A stretch of 64,000 bases of DNA from Chrysomallon squamiferum (Eukaryota; Animalia; Mollusca), in assembly GCA_012295275.1 (NCBI GenBank), contig CM022679.1, positions 24,800,001 through 24,864,000 on the forward strand, read 5' to 3'. Each line of letters begins with the position of its first letter. The stretch's first letter is position 1. The position numbers and the translations under genes are program-made. The notes beneath the pieces are model-generated. The model saw only the letters and a program-made list of their open reading frames with translations. It was not told the DNA's origin and ran no database searches. This document shows positions 52,675 through 64,000 of this stretch, piece by piece.

Positions 52675-52880
52675 AGTCTTATTATTATTAGTAGTAGTAG
52701 TAGTAATTTATTTATTAGTTCTTCTTATTAGTAGTAGTAGTAGTAATTTATTTATTAGTTCTTCTTATTATTAGTAGTAGTAGTAATTTATTTATTACTT
52801 CTTCTTATTAGTAGTAGTAGTAGTAATTTATTTATTTGTTAGTTCTTCTTATTAGTAGTAGTAGTAGTAGTAATTTTTTT
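52675..52880 (+). repeat. Minisatellite, ~38-40 bp unit x ~5
   Basis: (tcttcttattagtagtagtagtagtaatttatttattagt)n. Confidence 0.9.
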
Positions 52881-53354
52881 TTTTAATTTTTTTATTATTA
52901 TTATTATTATTTTTCTTCTAATTACAGTAAGAATCACAACGCGGCTGTATTGTGATATGTAATATTATATTATTACTATATTTCTAATACTAATATTTAG
53001 TCTCACAAACTATAAAAATGTTTAAATATTAATAATACAAATAAATCATACACCTGTATTTTTATTACTGGATTTGATATCAACTATTTATATAGAGACA
53101 ACAGAAACACGCAGAAATATGTATAAATTGAAGTACTTGAGCAAGGAAATAAAATCGGAATTATTTCCCTTTTCCGTCTTGTGTGAGACCAGTTAATATG
53201 AATATTTTACCTTACGTGGAAATGTTATATAGAGATTAGTAAATTCTCAGTTATAATATTTTATTTATTAATATTATTCAGATTATTATTTGTAATAATT
53301 ATAATACTTTTTATATTCAGTTATCTCTACTAAACAGTGTGGGCACATGGCAAC

Positions 53355-53401
<47 letters not shown>

Positions 53402-53637
53402 TGTCTCTCTATAAAATAACATATAATAACTCAGACAACAAAAAGAACTGAGGATATAACTTTTTTATTTTATTTATTGATTGATTTATTTTTGAATATT
53501 CGTAGTCTGTACTCACGTGAAGCATTTGTCAAGGAAACATTTTAACAGGAAGTAAATTAGTAACTATTTATTTTTATTAAATAAACATTCTAGAAAATGC
53601 AAACTGTAAATAACTAAAAGTAAAATCAAACACATAC

Positions 53638-53790
53638 CTTCTTGTTTCTCTTTGTGTGATTTGCACTGCTTGGTAAGAGATTAATTTATTTCAGATCTGA
53701 ATCAACGAGTAGCTACGTTTTGGTATCGTCAGAGAGCTCGTTCTTTCCCTAGTTTCGCTACCTCATTTGCCGCTTAGCCAATCAATGTTC
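53638..53790 (-). promoter_or_regulatory. Possible TLR 5' non-coding exon/promoter
   Basis: Minus-strand donor AAG|gtatgt at 53638, a CpG-richer patch, CCAAT ~53778; second donor CAG|gtgtat ~53054. Confidence 0.35.
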
Positions 53791-54133
53791 GTTAACAGAC
53801 GTACCCGATTGATACAGGTATTAAACAATTTACCCCCAAAACTTGGGACCGGATTTCTGGATTTGAGAGATTTCTAGAGATTATAATATATACATAAAAT
53901 ATAAGCTAAATATATACTTAAAATATAAATTAATCAATGAAAAATAGTTCTATGTAAAATATATAAATAAAATAATAATAACAATAATAAAATTTTTAAC
54001 AAATTTTTTTTTTTTTTTTTTTTAAATAGCCGATTTTCTCCATTTTCCGGATTTTTTTGAAGCCGGATAAATGGATCGATACTCATATAAGGTTTCCAGT
54101 TGCATACACTGAACACCTAACAGTGAGTGCGTG

Positions 54134-54208
<75 letters not shown>

Positions 54209-54919
54209 TATTAAAAAGCATTACATACATACATACATACATACACACATGCATTAATGAATACCACTAAATTTTACGATTGATACTATTTGAATAGTAA
54301 AAATCACGTTTGATGTGTGGAACTAAATAGTAAAAATTAACGAGGAATTAAACGTAGGTAAATGAGTTAAAACGATACCTTTTCCTGATGCAGTCTCTTG
54401 ACATAAGAGAAAACTATTACTGATTTACATAATTATAATACCCTTATTAAAATTCTTATGTAAGTATAAATTAAGCTTTTCTCATCGAGTACACATTTTT
54501 GTTATCACCGTTTGCAGTAATGTCATCGGTAAAATAATGCGTTTTAAGATTATAACATCGAGATGGGTTTTTTTTTAAGTTTCTGTGTGTGCTTGTGTGT
54601 GTGTGCGTGTGTTTGTGCGATTTCAGACATAAATGTCCATCCGATAAGACCATTTTAATTTCGATTAGAATTTTATTTTATAATTTCATTATTTACGTTT
54701 TTCTTCTTCTTTTTTTGTTAATTGTTTTCTTTTATGAAAATAGTGAAGTATGTGTGTTTTTAAATATTTTTCTTTTTATTTTATAATTTTTATAGAAATA
54801 ATGTTTAATGTTCTGTTTAAGATGAATGTCACTTCTAACATAGTCAAGATATAATACTGACATATATTTTCTAATAAACAATATAATTTATAGAAATACA
54901 ATTTACTACATAAAACACT

Positions 54920-54968
<49 letters not shown>

Positions 54969-56574
54969 TAACTAAAAATAAAAATATAAAAATCTTGACA
55001 TTTTTCTATTTTTTAATAATTATTAATTTCAAATAAACCATTCATATTTTTTCATCAGTCCAGGTCAAATTAAAAAATGAAAACTATCAATACCTGTTGA
55101 TACTCCACATGAAGAAATAAACTAAATGTATTAAATGTTAAATAACGATTTTCACAGTATTAATTATTTATTAGTTCCTATGATGGTCTCACTTCATATT
55201 TTGAAATCTTTTTCATTCATTTGTTGCCTAAATCATTTGACATGCCTCAGTTATCATATGTTACCATTTTTGAAGCCATTTTATTTGTATGATGCAGCAT
55301 TCATTTCATATGGAACTATAAATGAGTGTCTTACAACAGTATTACAATACAAAATGATGCAGAGATTTTGATTTATAAGAGGTTCCAAATTTACTCGTAA
55401 TACTTTTAATTTGAAAAGAATAACAAAGAAAACACGTATTCAGAAATATCAATTTTTAACAGATTAAAGAATTAAGATAATGACTCATCACATGACATCT
55501 TGATACCATAAGAGGAAATAGTAATTACAGTAGCGACATTAATATAATTACTACATACTGTAAGAAGACATTTTATAGTTAATCAAATAATATATGTACA
55601 AGAAAACGTTAATACTACTACTAATAATAATTTGAATAACAAATAATGGGATTATAATAATATAATAATGTAACAGGGGTTTCAGAATTTCTGCCACATA
55701 TTTTAGTTCTTAGCAATACAACACAATCAGTTTTATCTAACCTCTAGGCTTTTGAATATAAATAAGAACTTTCTAGACTTGATTTTTCTTCTTCTTTTTT
55801 TTAATATTATTATTATATATTATATTATTTTATTTTATTTGTGAAAAAATAAAATCCATTTCTGAAATGCTTTAATCTCTCATTTTAAAAACAAATACTT
55901 TCATGATTATTAACCTGTTCAATGTGATTATCACATTTGATAAATTCACTCAATCAGATAGTCAGACTCAAACTCAAACTCCTCCCATAGCATGAGCTAT
56001 AATTTTTTCCTTGCTCAATAATACACTAAATATGAAAGTCATTACATATGAAAGTAACAAAATTTTAAAAGCTATAATCATAATTAATGGAATGTAGCTA
56101 TCAACAGCCAGGTGGGTGTTTTACATTTACTATGGCACACAATTATTAATTCATTCTATCATTTTCTAATCACAAGTTTTCCCAAAAAAAACAAAAAACA
56201 ACAACACAGGAACAAAATTATTATTATTATTTTTTTTTAATACAGCTGCCTTTTCTCATTTTCTCTGGCACATATTTGTCACTTATCAACAGAAATAATA
56301 TTCCATTCTATATATTAAAAGGTAATCTATTCTCTGTCACAACTAGATTCCAGATCCTTCGTGATCATGGCAACAACCCTAATCTTTAGATAAATAAAAA
56401 AATAAAAAAAAAAAACTTTGTTTTAACTATTTGTCATCCATGAAGAGATACATACACACTTCGCATTAGGCAAACTGTATATGGTTAACACACAATCACC
56501 TTCCTCGTGTTACATTATTATAATGTCTAAAATCAGTTGAATTAATACTTCATCATCAATCCATTGGTATACTG

Positions 56575-56915
56575 TCAGTCACCGAAGTATATGTGTTTTT
56601 TGTTTGTCGCAGTTTCGTGACAGCTGTGTTAAGATCGGCCATCGATATCCCTCTAAGTTCATCATGCAGTTTATCATTGCTGAAAACAAGAAGGCAAGAG
56701 AATAATGTACCAGTCCATCTACAATGTGACTAATATTTGAATAATTAATTTTATGAAGTGTTTTATTTTTTTATTTTATAATCTCTCTACAAACACAAAC
56801 AGAGGCAGCACAAACGTACAGATAGTTAGATAGACAAGAAAGAAATACCAATAAAAAGATTAGACAGATAAATAGATAGAGACAGACACACAGACAGAAA
56901 AAAGTGCACATGGTG

Positions 56916-56953
<38 letters not shown>

Positions 56954-59900
56954 CACAAAGAGATGTGGAATATAAATGCTAATGAATGGGTTGACATAAA
57001 ACTATGCTATTCAAGAAAGACATCAAATAACATACAGACAGAAAAGTGGATGTGTGTGTGTTAAATGTGGTGGATAAATGCGACTGACATATAATATGCT
57101 CAACAATAAAATCTATCTCATGTTTACAAACCGCTGAACATTTATTCTTCTCCTGAAGACTAACAAGTCTCAAGGTGTAGCGTTTTAATATATTATTTTT
57201 ATATGTTCACCAGTAGTTCTAAAAATTACCTTATTTCACCCGAACTGGTCCGATGTTGTTGCATGTACTCATGCACGGTGCTGACTGCAGCTGAACGACA
57301 TGCCTCTCTGATATCACTGCCTGAAAACCCATCAGTCATCACACCTAGCTGATCATAATCTATTTTGTCTGTCTGAAACGTAAGAAAAATAATTTTAACA
57401 ACTAGAATAGAACAGAATAGAAAGGAGTAGGGTAGGGTAGGGTAGGGTAGGGTAGAGTAGAGTAGAGTAGAGTAGAGTAGAGTAGAGTAGAGTAGAGTAG
57501 AGTAGAGTAGAGTAGAGTAGAGTAGAGTAGAGTAGAGTAGAGTAGAGTAAAGCAGAGAAGAGTAGAATAGTGTAGAGAAGAGAGTTGAGCCAAGAATAGA
57601 AAAGAAAATTTAAACAATAAATGAAATAAATTAATTATTTTTAATGCAAAAGCAATCTTTCACAGAGCTCTAATGGGAACAGGAATTAATTCTACCTGAC
57701 CACTCAGAGTCTAGTGTAAGAGTTATTTTGAGTAAAATGGATCTACATAAATAAAGAATTTACTATTACTTATGTTTCCAAAATCATAATATCAGTTGTG
57801 GTTTGTAGAAGATTATTACAGAATGTTTTAATATTATAGATTTAGTCATTTAAAATCCAATATTAATGTGCCCAGTGCAAAAAATATATAAAAACATGAC
57901 TGACAGAAAAATTCATTACAAAATCAAAGGAAACAAATCCATGAAAATAGAATTGAACGAAAAAACCACTCCTGAATTAACATTTTGAAAATTAGGAGAT
58001 TATTTAGGAAGGAATATTTATTTAACATTTTTTTTAACATAATGAATATTGGAGCCAATGTTCCAGAACTGTTTCATCATGGCTGAAGATTTCCTCTTTT
58101 GTTTCTTGAGTGCTCCTTAACCATGCATCCAACTTGATGTAACATAAACCATTTCCTTCTACTACATTTGTTAACTGGGTATTAAGCATGTTGTGGTTTT
58201 CCACGGAACTTCAAGAGTACAGTGAAGAAACCTCTAGCCATCATTATATGGTTTGCTTTTCTAGACAGATAGCCAGTAGACAGATAGGTGTATTTTTTAA
58301 AAGAAATTTACAACCTGCTTTTGGTTACTGGATGAAAACTGTAGCCATCATTTCACAGTTGTCTCTAAGTAAGAAAGGAGTATTTTTCAAAGACAATTTG
58401 CTACATACCTTTTCATCTGTTAGAATCATTCTGAAAATCTGTGTTCTTTGTTCTTTTCCCTGTTGGAAAAAAAATAATAATAATAATAATTACAATTTAA
58501 AAAAATATATATTAAAAATTTAAAAATTGAAAAAAATTTGAAAATAAATGAAATTTGTAGGGGATTATGTAGTTTTTTGTTTTATTTGGTTTTTAACATT
58601 TATTTTTATGGAAGCTGATTTGATGATTTAATTCAAGAAATAAATCAAAAGAATTGCAATATTATTAACAAAAGATTTCAATTCTTGTATTTTTAAAATT
58701 TGACTTTTTGACATTTTACATGGGTGAATAACATGAAAAAATAACACTGTTTATTTTCTAAAAAAATAAACATTTAAAAATACCCTACTATTAGACATTT
58801 AGAAGTCTGTGTGGCAAAACATAGGGAAAAACAAAACAACAACAACTAACCGGCATGCCTATTCGAAACTGACTGGGCATTCTTCGAAGTATAGCTGCAT
58901 CCACATCCTGCCTGCGATTCGTGGCCCCCATAACCATGACATTGCAGTACTTATCTGTGATCAGCCCGTCCCAGAAACTCATAAACTGAGTCTTAATCAT
59001 GGCTGTAGCTTCATGATCAGATGAGGAACGAGATCTCAAGAATGAATCTGAAACATCATTTATATATATTTAATTTTTACTAAGATTTTAAAAAATCTTT
59101 TGTAACAGTCTGATTGATTTTCCTAATGCCATAATTCACCTCTACCCCCTGAAAATTATATATATATATATATCTAGATATATTAAATCATTAAGATTTT
59201 AAAACAATTTTTGATAAAATTTGTTGTGATTTTCCTGTGCAAAAATTCATCTCGATCCACAAAAAATCATTGTAAGTAGTTTCCTTAATTAATGCTTAAA
59301 AAACAGCAAATTTCACAAATATAATTTAATTACATTAAATAATTACTGAAGTTAAAAGTCAGTCTGTTTGATTTACTTACCAATCTCATCAATAAATATA
59401 ATAGTTGGCTGCAACTTAATAGCCTGTGAATGTAGAGAGACAAAAAGATCTTTAATCATTTTTAAAAAGTAACAATAATCAAAATAAATATCAAAAAAAT
59501 ATATTTTCCAGTCTTAACACTAACTGCATGCTGTAATGTTTATAATTTTTAAATTTTCAAATTTTTATTGTCATTGACAAGATGAGCTTAACAACAGATC
59601 ATGCGAAAAGCACATTCAATACATGGTTCCAATAACCATATTAAGAAACATCTGAATGCAAAGTTCAGCAAAACATTATTTTTTTAAAAAGATATCTGAA
59701 TATTTTCAACAAAGACACACACATTCTGTCATCTTTATAATGAAGTTCATTGTGATACAATATTAATAATTTTACAAAAAAAAAAAAAATAGGAAGGAAT
59801 TTCTTCAACACTTATTTTGAATTATTTCAACTTACTTTAATAATATGAAATATAATTAAAAACAAACTCAATAATTTATCTTTGATCTTGTCAAAAATAA

Positions 59901-62900
59901 TTTTCATCACACAAACTAATCACCAGTTATTGCTAATATCAGTTAAACATCTTTGTAATTTATGCTCGACTTCAAAAAGGAAACTTCTGTTATACAGCAA
60001 AATACTTTTTTTTCTTTTTTTTTTCTTCTTCTTTTTTTTTTATGCATTCACCATATACAGGTTAAAAAATAAAATTATTTAAATAAAATAGTCTCTATAC
60101 ATAATTAAATGAAGTGGAAGAAAAAACAAACAAACAATAGACAAAACAAGTGGTGAAATTCTGTGACCCAACCATCTTTCTAAGGGCTAGTTTAATGTTC
60201 TGTTCAAACTATTACCAATGAAAACACAGCTTCAGCTCTCTTCTGGGATTCTCCATACCACTTGTCAACCAAAGATGAAATCTGAAGATTTAGGAATCTG
60301 GCACCTGAAATAAGTTACACAGTTTCTGTTACATTAAACAAAAGACAAAACAATGCAACAAGTTGAATCAACATTTTCACATGTGTTTAGATTATATTAT
60401 GATAAATCTCTATACTGCAAGACAAGATTTGATTATTCACAATATTTAAATATTCTCAATATCTATGTATCACAATATTTAAATATTCTCAATATCTCTG
60501 TATCACTCAATTTTATTTTTTAAATTTTCAGTATTTATCACAATTTTAAATATTCTTGATATTGGCGGACATACTATTTGAATGTATCACTTACAACAGG
60601 AAAACATTCCTAAATTAACTGATACATTATATTTTTATATGATTACTATATGACAGAATACAGTAATAGTTTTGTTTAATGGTTGTTGTAGGACATTCTT
60701 ATCATTTATCATGTCCTAGATCAAACATTTTAATATCTAGATATAAAAGCACCCATCTTTAATAATCTTTAAATTTTCATTTTCTGAGTCTGTGGCAATA
60801 TTAAGATATTTCACTTCCGATACCTAAAATATAATTTTCAGGAAAGTGCATATGATTAAAAAAAAATATTTAAATAGCCAATGGGCTTGTTGTTTATCAT
60901 GACCATAGCAATTCAAACTGCAAAATTTTACTAACATAAATGTACCATATCTGATAGCTGTTTAATAACAAAGAATTCATTTTTTATACAGTGTAATAGT
61001 ACAGTAAATTCTTTAAATGTTTTACCTGCAGCTTTTGCTGTTGCCTTGGCAATCATTGTTTTACCACATCCAGGTGGACCGTACAGCAACACACCTGAAA
61101 ATATGAATGGAAAAAATCAAACTTTAAAAAAAGAAATATATTATATATAAATATATCAGTACACTGCACATTTATTTTATTCAGTAAAGTTTGGCCATGT
61201 AATTTAGCCCTTTAAGCATTAACAAAAATTATATGAAATAATCTGAAATATTTTTAGAACATAAACACTGGCAAAATAATTACATCTTTCGATACAAAGT
61301 CGTAAGTTGTTGATGACAGTAAATCATATTTTATACTCAGTTTTCCCTTAAGCATGCACCCACATTTTTTTCCCACTACTCTTATTATTATTATTATTAT
61401 AATTTTTATTTTATTTTACTGTGAAATAGCTTTAAAAATCTAGATCTGAACAGCTAGAGCTGCCCCTGACGTTTATGTCTTATTGTAAAATGAAGGTAAA
61501 CCTTTTGGTGCTTGCAGCAGTGTGGAGTTTTGGAAAAGCTGGATATTTCTGAATGGCAATATCACAGTTTCTTGAATTTCACTAATAACGCTGTCCAAAC
61601 CACCAATGTCAGACCAGGACACATCAACATCCCGTGGATCAACCAGGTTTGATGCAATGCAGAGCTCATATTCCGACAACTAGAACAAACAAACATAAAA
61701 AAGAAAAATGAAAATAACAAATACACTGACAAAAACAACAATAATACAATAATGAAAACAATATCTATATCTATATCTATCTATCTCTCTCTCTCACTAA
61801 ATATATATTTATTTATATTCATAACAGATAAAAAGACAAAATATCTAGTATTTAACTGTACATATAAATAACAATGCTAATACAAAAATATATCCACAAA
61901 ATTTAAAAAATTTAAATTAATATCTAGTATCTAAACAGTATTAAAAAAATTAAATTTTTTGTTCTTAATGTGGTATAAGGAAAAAGATATAATACAAAAA
62001 ACAAAATTAAGAAAAAAAAATATATATAATATAAAAATTTATAAATAAATAAATAAATAAATAAACAAAAATTAAGAAAACAATATTGTTTCACATTTTA
62101 GAAAGGACATTTATTATACTAGCTGAGAGCTGAATGTATTACAATAAATATACTTTTCTTCACAAGAAGAATATTTTTTCTTTGTTTTTATATGAAACTA
62201 ATTTTAAACATACCTTTTGTACATTGTCAACTCCAAGACGTTTCAGCATCTTTTGAGCCTAAAAAATTAAAAAAAATTAAATTAAAATAATTTATTTTTT
62301 AAAATTGTTTCACATTATTTTTATTCCTATATTTTACATATCATGCCTCTTTGTTTTATGCATATTTTAACATCAATATTTTTAAATTAGATCTTGCAAC
62401 TGCTAGAACTTAATCAGTTAATATGTTACTTTTATTCTTTATTTTTTAATACTATTATTTTTTTTTAATTATTATTATTTTTTTGTCATCAGTATTTAGT
62501 TTTTCCTAAGTATAAATTACTGAAGTGGAAAATGAAATTTTGATAAACAATTTACAAGTAATTAAATGTCCATAAATCAAAATTACTGAAGTGGAAAATG
62601 AAATTTTGATAAACAATTTACAAGTAATTAAACGTCCATAAATCAAAATTAATTAAATCATGTGTTCTGTCAGCCATAAATTAATATAAATAAATATATA
62701 TTAATCTAATGCATGTCTATATTTATGAAAACACTCTTTATTATATAGTAAGACATACATACATACATAAATACATATATTTTTATGGTACTGAACATTT
62801 TTAAACATTGCTATAAACTATACATGTATAACAAATGCAAGGATGACATGATTATTTACAAATGTTTGCTACATGTTTACTGTAGATTACAAAAACAACT

Positions 62901-63061
62901 TTCTATTTCCAGTGAATGTGTCACCTTCTTTAAATATTACAATAAGTAGTAATAATAATTTAAAATAATTTATAAAGGTGTAGCAGTAACTGAAATCGGT
63001 TGGTAGCAAATATTTGCTTTCTGCACTATTGATAATTATATTCTAATGCAGCAAGCTGTGT

Positions 63062-63111
<50 letters not shown>

Positions 63112-64000
63112 TCATATGCAAAACACAGACTTTCACACATACTGACCATTATTTATACAGGTACACATAGACCCAGAAGACAATGTATACACAAATATAT
63201 TTGGTTATAATTTAAATCATTATAATTTGTAAAATTACATAACTGATTTATAACAGTTTATATTTTAAAAAAATTATTTAAATTAATTAGTCCTTTCTAC
63301 TTAACAATAATAAAATATTTTTCTTGTTTTGTTTATTATATTTTGTATTTATAAATTATATTTCTATTTATGAATTTTATTCCTGTAGATACAACAGAAT
63401 GTTGAAAAATATGTTTAAAATCGGTATTTTTATGTCTTCAGTTTAAACTAAAATTGAAAATGTTGCTAATCCTATTCATATGTTGCTTAAAGAAAAAAAA
63501 AAAAAAAAAAAAACCTAATAAAAGTATCTTTTCAGACTTAAGATATTCAAATTAAAAAAAAATAAGACGATGTTGATATAAATTACACATGCACGCACAC
63601 ACGTATTATAAAGAAAAATATTTCCTCGTGACGTAAATTAATACGAGTATCAGTACTATCATTATTGGCATATCTCAGTACTGAGTATGATTATCTGTAT
63701 CGTAATAGTTGCATCAGGAAATTATGAATGAAATATTAGTTGTCTGTTTTTTTACTCTTGATATTTTATTATTTCATATTACTTTTTAATTTTTTTTTTT
63801 AAATTATTTATTTTTTTAATAAACTGATTAAATTAAATCAAAATAGATAATATTATAAAATACAAACTCGTTCTCTAGACTGCTTTTTCTCTTTCTGCGT
63901 GGGATCCATAGCGTTCATTAGGTAACGAACTCCAAAGTATGTGACAGTAAACGATGCTGCCAATCCTATTAAAGTTGATATAATTTTTGCCAACAATTCA
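56575..64000 (-). CDS. ATAD1: ATAD1/Msp1 membrane-anchored AAA+ dislocase, 5' end beyond the window, intact
   Basis: Exons >64000-63868 (TM, ..MDPTQKEKK), 62258-62214, 61679-61502 ([22 protein letters not shown]), 61094-61026 (Walker A GPPGCGKT), 60304-60216 (DKWYGESQK), 59423-59381 (Walker B IIFIDEID), 59047-58851 ([31 protein letters not shown]), 58459-58409, 57372-57230 (TDGFSGSD), 56679-56575 (TGA). All phases join. Confidence 0.97.
57405..57570 (+). repeat. Pentanucleotide microsatellite (GGTAG)n/(AGTAG)n
   Basis: Directly visible; source of the spurious LLYST ORF. Confidence 0.95.
62514..62650 (+). repeat. ~67 bp perfect-like tandem duplication in an ATAD1 intron
   Basis: aaattactgaagtggaaaatgaaattttgataaacaatttacaagtaattaaa(t/c)gtccataaatcaa x2. 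Confidence 0.9.

Noticed and set aside
1-64000. tRNA/rRNA genes, autonomous transposons, prokaryotic operons
   Set aside because: None recognised by eye: no transposase or RT ORFs. Structured RNA genes cannot be fully excluded without a covariance search.

Overview
AT-rich, microsatellite-rich, intron-containing animal DNA. It is an invertebrate, probably a mollusc, judging by the TLR and TRPM2-like subtypes (inference only). The window is an innate-immunity/cell-death cluster. In order: (1) a single-exon caspase relic (-, 959-1229); (2) a ~22 kb + strand locus in which three tandem phase-0 exons encoding aegerolysin/actinoporin-like beta-sandwich domains (9248-11453) lie directly upstream of, and are probably spliced to, a TRPM2-like channel that lacks the C-terminal NUDT9-H domain (12827-30930), under a TATA promoter with two STAT-like sites; (3) a short-prodomain caspase-3/7-like gene (-, 41053-45329) with a kB-site promoter and three frame lesions; (4) an intact single-coding-exon Toll-like receptor with an atypical TIR BB loop (-, 50022-52580); (5) intact ATAD1/Msp1 (-, 56575 to beyond the window end). 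Paralogy suggests the whole TRPM locus sits inside a broken tandem duplicate of the caspase gene. Frameshifts cluster in the TRPM and caspase genes and may reflect real pseudogenisation or consensus errors. All alignments and exon boundaries were read by eye; no searches were run.
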